Shown here: positions 50,585 to 61,396 of the stretch, piece by piece
Numbering within the stretch: position 1 is the stretch's first letter
Layout of the letters: each line of letters opens with the position of its first letter
Source of the DNA: Candidatus Poribacteria bacterium
Lineage (GTDB): Bacteria > Poribacteria > WGA-4E > PCPOR2b
DNA: 64,000 nucleotides
Direction: 5' to 3'
Assembly: GCA_965215015.1 (NCBI GenBank)
Contig: OZ244042.1
Location: 5,536,001-5,600,000, forward strand
The notes under the pieces: generated by a model
What the model saw: only the letters and a program-made list of their open reading frames with translations
What the model was told of the DNA's origin: nothing
The model's database searches: none
Made by a program: the position numbers and the translations under genes

Positions 50585-51223
50585 ATGGAAATGACCGAAG
50601 TTTTTGAGAAAATGGAAGCACTCAAAGCCCAAGCGGTCGTCTGCACCGACTGCGGATTAGCGGAAACCCGGTTGAACGTTGTTTTTGGTAACGGCGATCC
50701 TACCTCCAAACTCGTTATTGTCGCTGAGGGGCCATCAGCAACGGATGAACATACGCTCATCCCATTTTCGGGTCCGTCGGGGGTTCTGCTAGACGAGATG
50801 CTTCATACGAACGACTTAGACCGTGACGACATCTGGATAACAAATGTAATCAGATGTCGTGCCGCTGTCCGAGAGGGACACGTAATAAAAAACCGCCCGC
50901 CGAAAGCCGCAGAGATTAGGGCGTGCTCAAAATGGCTCGACGGAGAGCTCACTTTGATTAGTCCCTCGGTCATCGTATGTATGGGAAGCCCTGCTGCGAA
51001 TACGCTCATCCACAAAGGCTTTCGCATGACCGAGGAGCGAGGTCAATGGTTCACAGATACACTTTACGCCCCATTTGTTTTAGCAACCTATAATCCTGCA
51101 TTTGTATTGAGACAGGACGGTGAAGCGTATACGCGTGCCCGGCAGGCTCTGATTGATGATATTGCCGCAGCGAAGCATAAAGTATCAGAAACCCCTGACT
51201 CCCCGAAGTTGACGCTGTTCTAG
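50585..51223 (+). CDS. Family-4-like uracil-DNA glycosylase (4Fe-4S)
   Basis: CTDCGL, VFGNG, AEGPS, PFSGPSG, TNVIRC, NRPP..EIRAC. Confidence 0.88.
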   Translation: MEMTEVFEKMEALKAQAVVCTDCGLAETRLNVVFGNGDPTSKLVIVAEGPSATDEHTLIPFSGPSGVLLDEMLHTNDLDRDDIWITNVIRCRAAVREGHVIKNRPPKAAEIRACSKWLDGELTLISPSVIVCMGSPAANTLIHKGFRMTEERGQWFTDTLYAPFVLATYNPAFVLRQDGEAYTRARQALIDDIAAAKHKVSETPDSPKLTLF

Positions 51224-51407
51224 ATTCGACTAATACTGAACAATCCCATTTCGGTCATGTAAAGAATGAGTGCAACAGAAGCCCTAGGGCCTTGCCTCGC
51301 CCCTGCTTGCGGGGGGACTGAGGGGGGTACGAAATGGAGAACCGTTTCCACAACCCAATCCGACCTGTACAGATCCGGAGGCAGATTTAGAAGAACCGAT
51401 CTACTCC

Positions 51408-52343
51408 TCAGACCAGTGGATTCAGGGTTAAACCGATATCCCGCAAAATGCTCTTTTTCACCTTGCAGACCATCGTGTATGCTGGATCATAGACATTGCC
51501 CATATCGTACTCCACACACTGACCGAGCAGGATATGGGGTGAGTTTCCTTCCAGACCGAGTTCATTCAGCCAACGGACCATTTCTGTCGTCGCGTGTTGC
51601 ACAGCCTGGTCCAAGGGGCGTGCATTTCCAGCCGTTAGGATATAGTCGTCATTTTCCGCTCGGGGCCAACCGACCTCTTTGCCTTTGATTACGTTGACCG
51701 TAAACTGCACATCAAACGAGATCTCAATCCCGGTACCAACAATCTCGCCATCACCTTGTACAGCGTGTCCGTCCCCGATGTGAAACAGAGCACCATCCAC
51801 AAAGACGGGCAGGTAAACGGTAACGCCTTCACAAAAACCGCGGTAGTCCATGTTCCCGCCGTGCGTTGAGGAGGTCGCCGTGGAGATTGCTTGTCTACGC
51901 GGCGGGGCGACCCCAAAACACCCCGTCATTGGCTCTAGAGGTAACGTGAGCCTACCGAGGCTCGTTTCCGGCGAAACGAGGGTCGCTGTCCATTTGTCTA
52001 GATCGATTTCCCAGTCTCCCCTGCCGTTCTCTGGCAGATCAGACGCGACATACTGTGCATCTAAAACGTGTGGGGCGATTACTGTCGAGGTTCGCCCCAT
52101 CTTGCGATTGGGCACTAGGCGATCAAAGTGAACGACAAGTGTATCCCCCGGTGCCGCGCCATTGATATAAAAAGGGCCCGTCTGCGGATTCCCTCCTTCA
52201 GTGACCTGTTCCCCGGCAGCATCAACACCACCGGCATCAACGGTTGTTGTTACGACGGTATCACCGCTGTCGATATGGAGCACCGGTTCGTGTGCCCCGA
52301 TTGCGATGTGGTAAATAGTTGGTTTAAAGTGATGTGTTGCCAT
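51408..52343 (-). CDS. Acetamidase/formamidase family protein
   Basis: NPQTGPFYINGAAPGD, HGGNMD, GDGHAVQGDGE. Confidence 0.93.
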   Translation of the reverse strand: MATHHFKPTIYHIAIGAHEPVLHIDSGDTVVTTTVDAGGVDAAGEQVTEGGNPQTGPFYINGAAPGDTLVVHFDRLVPNRKMGRTSTVIAPHVLDAQYVASDLPENGRGDWEIDLDKWTATLVSPETSLGRLTLPLEPMTGCFGVAPPRRQAISTATSSTHGGNMDYRGFCEGVTVYLPVFVDGALFHIGDGHAVQGDGEIVGTGIEISFDVQFTVNVIKGKEVGWPRAENDDYILTAGNARPLDQAVQHATTEMVRWLNELGLEGNSPHILLGQCVEYDMGNVYDPAYTMVCKVKKSILRDIGLTLNPLV

Positions 52344-53413
52344 AAATCTCTCCTCTATTATCCATATTTTAGCCAATTATCGAAAAGCGGACTATCCTAG
52401 GTCTGGTAGTTGTGGAGATAACAAGGCTGCCGCGAAGAAACAACAAAGTGCCCGTCCCATTCTTGTTCTTTCATCCACCCTTGAGTGATGAGCACTCAGA
52501 TTACCTTGTGTCCTTATGACATGAGCGAGTAATTTATCCTGTCCCTTAAAATTGTTATATTGATTAATAGCTTGGTCCAGGTTTCCATGGGAATATGCGC
52601 TTGGCATCAAAAGTTCTTCAAGCCATTTGCGTAGCTCAACAGGGAGATTTGTATCAATATTAAAGATTCTGCTGAAGCGCTCTCTAAACACTGGATCGTC
52701 CCCCGTTGCTTTTAAAGCAATATTTCTAATTTCCGGGTGGGTGTTAATGTCTCGAAGTTGAGAAATCTGCGTTTTCAACGTGCGATTTTCTCCAATTTTG
52801 TTACGGATTACGTCGTTGAGCGATAGAATTTCACTATCTTTATTCGAGAGTCTCTCATCCCATGCGCTTATGCTTTCAGCTATTGGACGAAGACGGTCAA
52901 TCTCTTCCTGAAGTTTTGAATTTACTTCATCTTTTTGTCTACCTCCGGCCTGGAGTGATTCAATCTCGTCCTCTTTGGTCGAGATTATGTCCTTCATTTT
53001 TGATACGGTGTCCTTAAGATAATCAATTTTTTCCTGCCATTGCCGTTTTTGCTCATCTTCTTGTGGATTAGCGAATGATGACGATGAAGTCAGATCGCCA
53101 GCAAACTCTTTTATGAGGGCGTAGTACGTGCTAATGTCCCGAGGATAAAACCAACATCGACGAGCCGGGTCCCATCTTGCCCGTCTAATCCTTCCTGGCC
53201 GAAGTTTCTGCTCGGGCGGAATGAACAACAGATATTCTGTTTCTGTCTCAGTTATTTTTATTTCCTTCGAGTTTCCTTGCATTTTCTTATTCTCCTTTTA
53301 TAGATAAGTTTGAAGTGATGTGTTGTTGTAAGTTCTTCCTCATGAGAGATGAAACATACTCTCAGCCACAATTTCCCTTCTTATCCATATTTTAACCAGT
53401 TATCGAAAAGCGG
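52323..53413. repeat. Imperfect direct repeats flanking the inserted gene
   Basis: 52358-52390 matches 53381-53413 (31/33). 52323-52339 matches 53309-53325 (16/17). Confidence 0.85.
52392..53282 (-). CDS. Hypothetical coiled-coil protein, apparently inserted
   Basis: ARWDPARRCW N-terminal motif and central heptads. Flanked by duplicated neighbouring gene ends. Confidence 0.75.
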   Translation of the reverse strand: MQGNSKEIKITETETEYLLFIPPEQKLRPGRIRRARWDPARRCWFYPRDISTYYALIKEFAGDLTSSSSFANPQEDEQKRQWQEKIDYLKDTVSKMKDIISTKEDEIESLQAGGRQKDEVNSKLQEEIDRLRPIAESISAWDERLSNKDSEILSLNDVIRNKIGENRTLKTQISQLRDINTHPEIRNIALKATGDDPVFRERFSRIFNIDTNLPVELRKWLEELLMPSAYSHGNLDQAINQYNNFKGQDKLLAHVIRTQGNLSAHHSRVDERTRMGRALCCFFAAALLSPQLPDLG

Positions 53414-54172
53414 TTTGATTCGTGGGGTGAGACTTTCGAGGAACGCTGGATCATTTAGCCACTCCTGACTCGTAGGGCTATCTGGGTTCGGTGGCTCCCC
53501 TTCGGGCGGTGCAACTACAAGCGCGTAATGCAGTGTTTGGCGAATCGCGCCGGACCTATTATACCCTTTGTGGAGAAGGCTGGAGTTGTAGAAAACAATA
53601 TCGCCCGCCTTCAATTGAACAGCCCTCTGATTGGGCATGTCGGCTTTGGGCGAATTTTGTAGGATATATCGCTCGGTGTCAGTGATTTCCCGTCGGTGGC
53701 TGCCGGGGACAATCGTGAGGGTTTCATCGTCGTATAACGCGCCATTCAGTTGGACGCCGTTCCTGAGTTTTACAATCAACTGTTCGCGTGGCACTTCGCC
53801 ATCTCTTGCGGAATCTCGATGCCAGTTGATGTGATACGGCTTCCGTTCCGGACTGACCAACAGTGTGCACAGATGATAGCGTAACCGCGTCCCGATTAGG
53901 CTTTCGATGACATCCAAAATCTGGGGATGTCCAAGCGATTCGACGAGGGCTGCTTCTCTGATGCTTGGATGGAAGATGTGATTTACGCCCCAGATGTCAT
54001 CTTGTTCGCTGTCAACGTAGCGCAAGTATTCATGCACCTTTTCGACGCGGCATTTGTGTAGGATGGAGTCTACAGCAGCTCGATATGTTTCGACAACCGT
54101 TTGAGATAATACGCCTCTGCGGATAACGTAACCCTCTTGAAGGAATGATTCTATTTCAGAACGACTGAGCAT
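53381..54172 (-). CDS. PhyH-family dioxygenase
   Basis: EGYVI, WHRD, IVPGSH, LLHKG. Confidence 0.9.
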   Translation of the reverse strand: MLSRSEIESFLQEGYVIRRGVLSQTVVETYRAAVDSILHKCRVEKVHEYLRYVDSEQDDIWGVNHIFHPSIREAALVESLGHPQILDVIESLIGTRLRYHLCTLLVSPERKPYHINWHRDSARDGEVPREQLIVKLRNGVQLNGALYDDETLTIVPGSHRREITDTERYILQNSPKADMPNQRAVQLKAGDIVFYNSSLLHKGYNRSGAIRQTLHYALVVAPPEGEPPNPDSPTSQEWLNDPAFLESLTPRIKPLFDNWLKYG

Positions 54173-54386
54173 ATTGCCCTCTTTTGTATATTAAACCTTT
54201 GGTGCCAGTTGGCGAGGATATGATTTCCACATCGTTCAAGCGTTCATTGATTCATTAGTTCATTGCGCCATGATGAGAAAACGGGAGAACGAGACGGCTT
54301 CATATCCCGTTTTCCGGTCTTCACGTTTCACTCTCGGTCGTTGACCGGAGAGCGTCCCAACAGTTGCAAACTAGCATCATTGGTTA

Positions 54387-55127
54387 TTAATTTCCCCGAA
54401 CAATGTGCCGATCTTCGTAGCCGCCACGTGGGAATCGTTCTAGGGACAGATCGCCGGGGATATAGTGCCAAGCGGTGCTGTAGCGTGGGCGGTTACTGCG
54501 ATTCTCGTAAGTTCCGTGGAGAAGGTTCGCTGAGAAAAAGACCACCGTGCCCCCGGGCACCTCTAAATCGACAGCTTTCGATTCATCCACTTCTGTCCAA
54601 CTTCCGTGTGTCCCTAGATTCCGATGATGTTCTACAATCGCTTGGGACAGATGACTTTTCGGAACGATTCTCAAGCAGCCGTTCTCACGATCTGCGTCTT
54701 GAAGGTAAATGCCACAACTGACAATTCGGTTTGTGGTGGTGCCGAAGTAGAAATTGTCCTGATGCCAGTGTACCGAGGTGCCGCCATTCGGCAGCTTGGG
54801 AAAGAACTTGGTGCCGAATACATCAATATCGGTACCGACGAGCGTTTGGACTCGGTCAAGGATTTCCGTCTCTTGAGCGAGATCCAGTACCTTCGGCTCA
54901 ACAACGCACACGCCCTGAATTTTGTGTAAAAATCCCGGAATCGGTTTGTGGTCCTCACTGAATTCAAAGGTCCAGTGTGGGCTATCAACTGGGAGGGTGT
55001 GGCTCCGCTCAACTAGTTCATCAAAGAGCTCCTGATAGGCTTTAAGTTTTTCGCCGTGGATTAAATTTTCAAAAACCAAGTATCCTTCTTCGTGAAATTG
55101 CTGCACCTGTTTGTCTGTTAATTGCAT
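54387..55127 (-). CDS. PhyH-family dioxygenase
   Basis: EGYLV, WHQD, ENGCL, LLHGT..NRS. Confidence 0.92.
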   Translation of the reverse strand: MQLTDKQVQQFHEEGYLVFENLIHGEKLKAYQELFDELVERSHTLPVDSPHWTFEFSEDHKPIPGFLHKIQGVCVVEPKVLDLAQETEILDRVQTLVGTDIDVFGTKFFPKLPNGGTSVHWHQDNFYFGTTTNRIVSCGIYLQDADRENGCLRIVPKSHLSQAIVEHHRNLGTHGSWTEVDESKAVDLEVPGGTVVFFSANLLHGTYENRSNRPRYSTAWHYIPGDLSLERFPRGGYEDRHIVRGN

Positions 55128-55173
55128 TGATAGATTCCCCTATTCCTGTGTTTGAGATAAAAATCTTTATCCT

Positions 55174-56553
55174 CTACTGACTTCCCCAAAAAGTCAGATA
55201 CGGTTGATTTTCCAACTCCCGTAGCAAGAGCAGTCCAAGCTCTCGTGCGTGGTAATCTCCCCACATTGACGATTCACCACACGGAATAACCTTACCTTCC
55301 GGGATATAGTCCCAACCGTTTGGACGATGATAGATTGAATGCAGGATTAAGCCCTGATGTTCGTCAGACTCCGAAAGATACGGTTCAGAAAAAAGTGTGG
55401 CGGCGACCGTTAATCCCGCCTGATAGTAACGTTTCCCGGCTGCCTGCTCCCCCTGTTTTTTGAGATAATTCCCTAATCGGATTAATCCCTGCGCGGTGAT
55501 GGCGGCTGCGGAGCTATCGACAGGTTCAACATCGTTGAATGGATCTGCGGGCTGTTGGAGGTAAGAACCTAACTGGGGTAGTCCCGGTGCCCCGGTGTCC
55601 CAATACGGGATGCCGTCTGCGGCTGTGTTCTCAATATAAAAATCGGAGGTTGCTTTGGCGGCTTTCAGTATATGAGCAGTTGCCCCTATCTTCTCACCGT
55701 ACGGGGTGAGGTCATCGTCTGTTAATGTCCCGAAAAATTCAAGCTGCTCAGCGTAGCCGGTGATGATCCACGCGAGTCCCCGCGTCCATGTTGTAAATGG
55801 TGAGTATCCCTGTTGCGTGCTCGGACAGCGGTAGTTACCATCGTTCATGTTAAAGATTGATTCGTGCGCGACGCGGCCACGTACGTCAAACGCATCGCGT
55901 CCTTCACCGTAGTAGACGTTGTAGGTTGCGGTCGTCTCGGAGTGGTACAACAGTCGCTCCAGTAAAGCGATTGGCTGGTCATTTTCGCCCATCAGCACAT
56001 GCCCTAAGCTATGTCCCAACGCCAATGTTCGCAACGAGCGGAGGGTGTCCGCAAAGAGTGAATGGGGCCCATTGAAAGAGGGAATGTAACCTTTCCCATC
56101 TCTTACCTTTGACCAGCGACTCGCCTGCACCGCCGCCGACACCTTCAGCGCAAGTTCATAGAAATGGAGTTCCCAATCGTTGTATGGAATGCGCCCTTCA
56201 AGGATCATGCGCCGCAAATTGCCGTAGGTTGAGACGTTGTTGAATCCGTGGTCGTGTACGCCAATATGTGTCAGATGGGGTGCCATCTTTTCGACCGTGT
56301 TTTTCCTCCCAATTTCGAGGAACTGCTCATCATCTGTTGCGTCGAATTGCAGCAGGGCGGAACCAAATTGAAATCCCTGCGTCCACTCTGTCCACCCTCG
56401 TGTGGTATATTGACCGGCGACAGTGAACACCGGCGTACCTTTTGCGGGGAGCCATGTGTCTTCGATTACCAGAATCTTCTTTCCCGAAAGCTCAAACAGA
56501 TGCTCAAGTTTCGGTTTGAGTTGTTCGAGGGTAATTGAATCGTTAATCTGCAT
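55174..56553 (-). CDS. GH88-like unsaturated glucuronyl hydrolase
   Basis: EWTQGF, HDHGF, TWTRGLAW, DSSAAAI, WGDYH. Confidence 0.85.
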   Translation of the reverse strand: MQINDSITLEQLKPKLEHLFELSGKKILVIEDTWLPAKGTPVFTVAGQYTTRGWTEWTQGFQFGSALLQFDATDDEQFLEIGRKNTVEKMAPHLTHIGVHDHGFNNVSTYGNLRRMILEGRIPYNDWELHFYELALKVSAAVQASRWSKVRDGKGYIPSFNGPHSLFADTLRSLRTLALGHSLGHVLMGENDQPIALLERLLYHSETTATYNVYYGEGRDAFDVRGRVAHESIFNMNDGNYRCPSTQQGYSPFTTWTRGLAWIITGYAEQLEFFGTLTDDDLTPYGEKIGATAHILKAAKATSDFYIENTAADGIPYWDTGAPGLPQLGSYLQQPADPFNDVEPVDSSAAAITAQGLIRLGNYLKKQGEQAAGKRYYQAGLTVAATLFSEPYLSESDEHQGLILHSIYHRPNGWDYIPEGKVIPCGESSMWGDYHARELGLLLLRELENQPYLTFWGSQ

Positions 56554-56599
56554 AGTGATTGTGTGTCCTATAGGAACGTGCGAGCAATCTGATAAAAAT

Positions 56600-57370
56600 T
56601 TAACCCGTTTTCACACCCTCCGATGCTGAATCAGCACTCTCCCTCTGACGGAGGACCTCGTACAGCAGGACGCCTGCGGCGACCGAAACGTTGAGCGATG
56701 GAACATGCCCGAACATCGGGAGGTGGATTAGTAAATCGCATTTCTCCTTAACGAGACGACGGAGCCCCTCTGCCTCATTACCGAGGACAAGGCAAATCTG
56801 GCCGGTCAAATCTGCCTCTGTATAGGGCGTAGATGCTGTCTGATCCGCGCCGATGACCCAGACGCCAGCCTCCTTGAGGGTATCAATTGTTCGGGCAAGG
56901 TTGGTCACTTGAGCAATCGGTACATACTCAGAGCTGCCCGCCGAGGTTTTGTGTGCAGCGGTTGTAATACCAGCAGCTCTATCTTTCGGAAGGATTAGCC
57001 CGTCGGCATTGACGGCATCTGCTGTGCGGATAATTGCACCGAGATTCCGGGGATCCTGAACCTGATCGAGCATGATGAATAGAGGGAAGTGATTCGAGTT
57101 TTGTGTGTCCGTGAGGAGGCTTGGAAGGTCGATATAACTGACAGGACTGACAAGGGCGATAACTCCTTGATGCGGGACTTCGGTTTCTATCGGATCTAAT
57201 TCCCGACGGGGTGTGAAATCACAACGGATACCGTTTTTCTCAGCGATGGCGCGGATTTGCCGTAGGCGCGGGTGGTTATTTCCTTGTGCGATCAGAATCC
57301 GTTCGATTTCACGGTTGCCGCGGCGTAGGAGTTCCAGCACTGAATTTCGACCAACAATTTTATCTTGCAT
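56600..57370 (-). CDS. rlmB: 23S rRNA Gm2251 methyltransferase
   Basis: HQGV, DPRNLGAIIRT, LGNEAEG, SLNVSVA. Confidence 0.93.
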   Translation of the reverse strand: MQDKIVGRNSVLELLRRGNREIERILIAQGNNHPRLRQIRAIAEKNGIRCDFTPRRELDPIETEVPHQGVIALVSPVSYIDLPSLLTDTQNSNHFPLFIMLDQVQDPRNLGAIIRTADAVNADGLILPKDRAAGITTAAHKTSAGSSEYVPIAQVTNLARTIDTLKEAGVWVIGADQTASTPYTEADLTGQICLVLGNEAEGLRRLVKEKCDLLIHLPMFGHVPSLNVSVAAGVLLYEVLRQRESADSASEGVKTG

Positions 57371-57667
57371 ATCTTTTTATGGGGGAATACCCTATCCAAA
57401 CTTGGCTACTGGCACCAAACGTTCAACAGCAAAGCTCTTGTGGTGGGGTTTGATACGCTCAATTTCATGAAGTGTATCCGCTGAACAGGTGTTACCTCTA
57501 TATTAAAACTCGATAAACTCCATCGGATAATGACTCATATCCAACTGTTCTTCCTCCATATTGACTCTGATTCTCCATTCCTGCACGTCAATGCATCGAA
57601 TTAAATAAAGTCCAACAATGACGCTCTTCTATGTCCATATCTTTTTTAATTCTGTCTATGCTAATCC

Positions 57668-59365
57668 CTATCCAGTGACAGCCCCTTCAGACGCTGAAGA
57701 TACGAGACGTGCATATTTCGCCATCACGCCGCGGGTGTAGCGTGGTGCTGGAGGCGTCCATTCGTCGAGTCGCGCTCGGATCTCTGCGTCCGAAAGCTCA
57801 ACGTCGATCCGGAGTGCCTCGGCATCAATCACGACAGTGTCGCCGTCACGTAATATCGCAATTGGTCCACCGTGCGCCGCTTCCGGTGCAACATGGCAAA
57901 TCATAAAGCCGTGCGTGGCACCAGAGAACCTGCCATCGGTTAAGAGAGCGACATCTTCACCTAACCCAGCTCCGACGATTGCGGCGGTGACACCGAGCAT
58001 TTCTCGCATCCCTGGACCACCGGCGGGGCCTTCATAGCGGATGACAACCACATCACCCGGTTGGATGGTTCCGTTCTTAATCGCTGCGAAGGTGTCCTCC
58101 TCGCGTTCAAAGATGCGGGCTGGCCCTCTATGCAGTGTCCTGTCATGCCCGGCTAGCTTAATGACACAGCCGTCGGGGGCGAGGTTACCTTTAAGGATTG
58201 CAAACCCACCCGTCGGTTTGATCGGCTTTGACACGGGGCGGACGACCTCCTGTCCTTCTGTTTCAACAGCATTGGCGGCTGCTTCGCCGATGGTTTGTCC
58301 CGTTACGGTAAGTTCGTCGGCGTGGAGGCGTCGGGCTTCCAGGAGCCGTTTGGCGACGAGTTGAATGCCGCCCGCTTGATGCAGGTCTGCGGCGACAAAA
58401 CGACCGCCGGGCCTGAGGTCTACAAAGATTGGTGTCTTTGACCGAATCTCTTCAAAGTCGTCGATTGTCAATGGAATATTGGCTTCGTGTGCAATTGCGA
58501 GCAGGTGGAGGACGCCATTCGTCGAACCGCCGGTTGTCGCCACCGAGGATATTGCATTTTCGAGCGACCGTTGGGTAATAATCTGGCTGGGGCGTCGGTC
58601 AGCAGCCAGCATTTCCATAACCAATTGGCCCGCCTGGAATGCGACCTCATCTTTATTTTTATTTACTGCCGGAACGCTGCCGCTCCCCATCGGTGCCATC
58701 CCAAGAATCTCAACGGCAGTTGCCATTGTATTGGCGGTATATTGGCCGCCGCAAGCCCCCGGACCGGGACAACCCTTGCTAATGAGGTCATCGAGTTCTT
58801 CGATAGTGATTTTGCCTGCAGCGTGCACTCCTACCGCCTCGAAAACTTCCATGATTGTTACATCTTCGTCCCGAAAACGGCCAGGCATGATCGATCCGCC
58901 GTAAAGCGTCAATGAGGGTATATCTAAACGGGCAAGTGCCATCACCGTTCCGGGAACGGTTTTGTCGCAGCCACAAAGCGTAACAACCGCATCGAACATA
59001 TTGCCGCGACAAACGAGTTCAATGGAATCCGCAATTACCTCCCGACTAATGAGTGAGGCCTTCATTCCTTCGGTGCCCATTGTAATTCCATCTGAAATAC
59101 TGACGGTATTAAATTCGAGCGGTGTGCCCCCGGCCGCCCGGATGCCTTCCTTTACTTTTGCAGCAAGACGGCGGAGGTGGTAGTTGCAAGGTCCAATTTC
59201 AATCCATGTGTTGGCGACCCCCACGATTGGCTTATCCAGATCTTCAGGTTTTAGTCCATCGTCGCCGAACATCAACATGGCGCGAGCTGCTGCTCGATCC
59301 GGACCATCAGTAATTGCGTAACTTTGACGTTTGAGTGCGTTTCTCATACTTCTTGCGTCTCCCAT
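57668..59365 (-). CDS. ilvD: Dihydroxy-acid dehydratase
   Basis: [32 protein letters not shown]. Alternative start at 59347. Confidence 0.97.
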   Translation of the reverse strand: MGDARSMRNALKRQSYAITDGPDRAAARAMLMFGDDGLKPEDLDKPIVGVANTWIEIGPCNYHLRRLAAKVKEGIRAAGGTPLEFNTVSISDGITMGTEGMKASLISREVIADSIELVCRGNMFDAVVTLCGCDKTVPGTVMALARLDIPSLTLYGGSIMPGRFRDEDVTIMEVFEAVGVHAAGKITIEELDDLISKGCPGPGACGGQYTANTMATAVEILGMAPMGSGSVPAVNKNKDEVAFQAGQLVMEMLAADRRPSQIITQRSLENAISSVATTGGSTNGVLHLLAIAHEANIPLTIDDFEEIRSKTPIFVDLRPGGRFVAADLHQAGGIQLVAKRLLEARRLHADELTVTGQTIGEAAANAVETEGQEVVRPVSKPIKPTGGFAILKGNLAPDGCVIKLAGHDRTLHRGPARIFEREEDTFAAIKNGTIQPGDVVVIRYEGPAGGPGMREMLGVTAAIVGAGLGEDVALLTDGRFSGATHGFMICHVAPEAAHGGPIAILRDGDTVVIDAEALRIDVELSDAEIRARLDEWTPPAPRYTRGVMAKYARLVSSASEGAVTG

Positions 59366-59424
59366 TCTTTGCTGTTCTAATCAATCATATTCAACAAAAT
59401 TCCCACAATTTGTCTACATCACAA

Positions 59425-60645
59425 CTAATTGCTCGATTTTTGAAATTCACAGTAGCTCTGATACCGAAACTTCGAGAGGTCTCCTTTTTTTAGGGACGCT
59501 TTCACCGCACAACCTTCCTCACGAATATGTGTACAAGGATTTTTCATACAACATTCTCGGAGTGAATTTATCTCTGAAAAATAGCGGTCCATCAAGCGAG
59601 ACTCAATGTCCCAAAAGTGTAACTCGCGAAGCCCCGGCGTATCAGCGATAAAACCGCCGAAATCTAAGCTGTAAAGTTGGGTTGCAACAGTCGTGTGCCT
59701 TCCGCCCTTTCGCGGATTCACTTTGTTCGTTTTCAATTTCAAACCGGGTTGAACCACATTCAGGAGCGAAGATTTCCCAACGCCCGACAATCCAGAGAGC
59801 GCGGAAATCTTCCCTTTCATCCACGCTTTTAAATCCTCGATTCCCTCACCGGTCGTTGTACTCGTGATGATTGCCCGGTAACCGATTTTCTCGTAAAGTG
59901 CTGCCATCGAATTGACTTCTGAGCGGTCTTTGAGTATGTCAATTTTATTGAAACAGACAAGTGGCTCAATCCCTGACGCCTCGGCGATAACGAGGAATCT
60001 ATCCAGCATTCGCTGCCAGATCGGTGGCTCTTTTACGGAAGAAACGATGACGAGTCCATCGAGATTCGGAATGAGAACAACCCTTTTAGACTGTGTTCCC
60101 CTTCGTTTGTACTGACCCGTGCGCCGCATAACAGCTGCGATGACACCATACCTTTCATCAATCATCTGAACTTTGACTCGATCGCCCACATAGACCTGCT
60201 GATTTTTGCTAAACGCATCTCGTTTTCCCCGCAGCGAGCATTGATATCGATTTAGATCGCACTGCACAATGTAAATGCCGTTGCTTGCACGCATCACGAT
60301 GCCTTCGGGAAGTCCGACCAATTTTTCGTTATTGAAGAGGTAGCCCGTCTGTCTTAGAAGTTCTTCGTCCGATATAATTCGTGCGGCTTTGATGGCACTA
60401 AGACGTCTGACACGGTCTTTGACAAGCATTTTCTCTGATTTGAGCAGCAATGCGACAACGACCGGTTTGTCATCGTCGTTGTCAAGGGCATTCTCCGCAT
60501 CCCGAATCGCTGGATTCATACTAAGATAAACCTTGCGATAGGTGACGCGCTCCCGCCAATCAAAAGCCGAGTAATCGCCTTCGACAATTTTTTGCGCTTC
60601 GATTAAAATTGTGCCTACGTAAACGGACATTGCCATAGTTTTCAT
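59425..60645 (-). CDS. rsgA: Ribosome small subunit-dependent GTPase A with N-terminal extension
   Basis: VGDRV, NKID, GLSGVGKSS, GRHTT, DTPG, CxHxxExxC. Confidence 0.93.
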   Translation of the reverse strand: MKTMAMSVYVGTILIEAQKIVEGDYSAFDWRERVTYRKVYLSMNPAIRDAENALDNDDDKPVVVALLLKSEKMLVKDRVRRLSAIKAARIISDEELLRQTGYLFNNEKLVGLPEGIVMRASNGIYIVQCDLNRYQCSLRGKRDAFSKNQQVYVGDRVKVQMIDERYGVIAAVMRRTGQYKRRGTQSKRVVLIPNLDGLVIVSSVKEPPIWQRMLDRFLVIAEASGIEPLVCFNKIDILKDRSEVNSMAALYEKIGYRAIITSTTTGEGIEDLKAWMKGKISALSGLSGVGKSSLLNVVQPGLKLKTNKVNPRKGGRHTTVATQLYSLDFGGFIADTPGLRELHFWDIESRLMDRYFSEINSLRECCMKNPCTHIREEGCAVKASLKKGDLSKFRYQSYCEFQKSSN

Positions 60646-60925
60646 CGTCGCAGGACACCGTTCTCAACGCCCGATGAATCGGGCAATTACAATCTGAGGA
60701 GCGTATCCTGTATCTGTTCAATGATATTGAGTCGTTCTCTTAGATCTGGACAACTCCCAAAAAAAGAGATTACGACATCAACCAAGGGGCCTCAACTGCG
60801 AGTTTGAGTGGGTCAGTGGTGAAGTGTTGGGTTTCAGGGGGAGATTGAGGGAGCTGTTTCACACCCATTTTTTCAGGCGTTCCCGTTCAACCTAACCTAC
60901 ACGCTAAATCCCCTTTATATCCGCT

Positions 60926-61393
60926 TCATAGCCGCCTCACGCGAAACAGGGGTTGATCAAACTCAACAGTTGTTGTATCTTCAACGAGAATTTCAAGAAT
61001 CTCGCAAGGGAAATCCGGTTTGACTTCGTTAAAAATTTTCATCGCTTCAATCAAGCACAAAGTATCATCTTCGGATACAACGCTTCCAACTTCCACATAA
61101 GGTGCAGCTTCCGGCGATTGTGACAGATAAAACAGTCCTACCATTGGTGACCGTATGAGGTCTCCCACCTCCGATGACGGTTGTACCTCAGACGACTCCC
61201 CTTGTTCCGCGCCTGGTAGGGGCACCGTGTCGCTTGGCTGCGCAAACGCGACAGGCACAGGCTCACTGCCTCGCCGAACCTTCAAGGTAATACCAGCCTC
61301 ACGCAGAAGAACCTCCGTCAAATCCCGCTCTTCCATGACGTCGCAGACTTGTTGCAGGAGCTCTATAGCGGATGGCGATTTTTCTCTTGACAT
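60926..61393 (-). CDS. accB: Biotin carboxyl carrier protein
   Basis: SPMVG and IEAMKIFNE. Confidence 0.96.
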   Translation of the reverse strand: MSREKSPSAIELLQQVCDVMEERDLTEVLLREAGITLKVRRGSEPVPVAFAQPSDTVPLPGAEQGESSEVQPSSEVGDLIRSPMVGLFYLSQSPEAAPYVEVGSVVSEDDTLCLIEAMKIFNEVKPDFPCEILEILVEDTTTVEFDQPLFRVRRL

Positions 61394-61396
61394 TGA

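Noticed and set aside
57380-57660. AT-rich spacer between ilvD and rlmB as a possible gene remnant
   Set aside because: Only short broken frames, with nothing identifiable.
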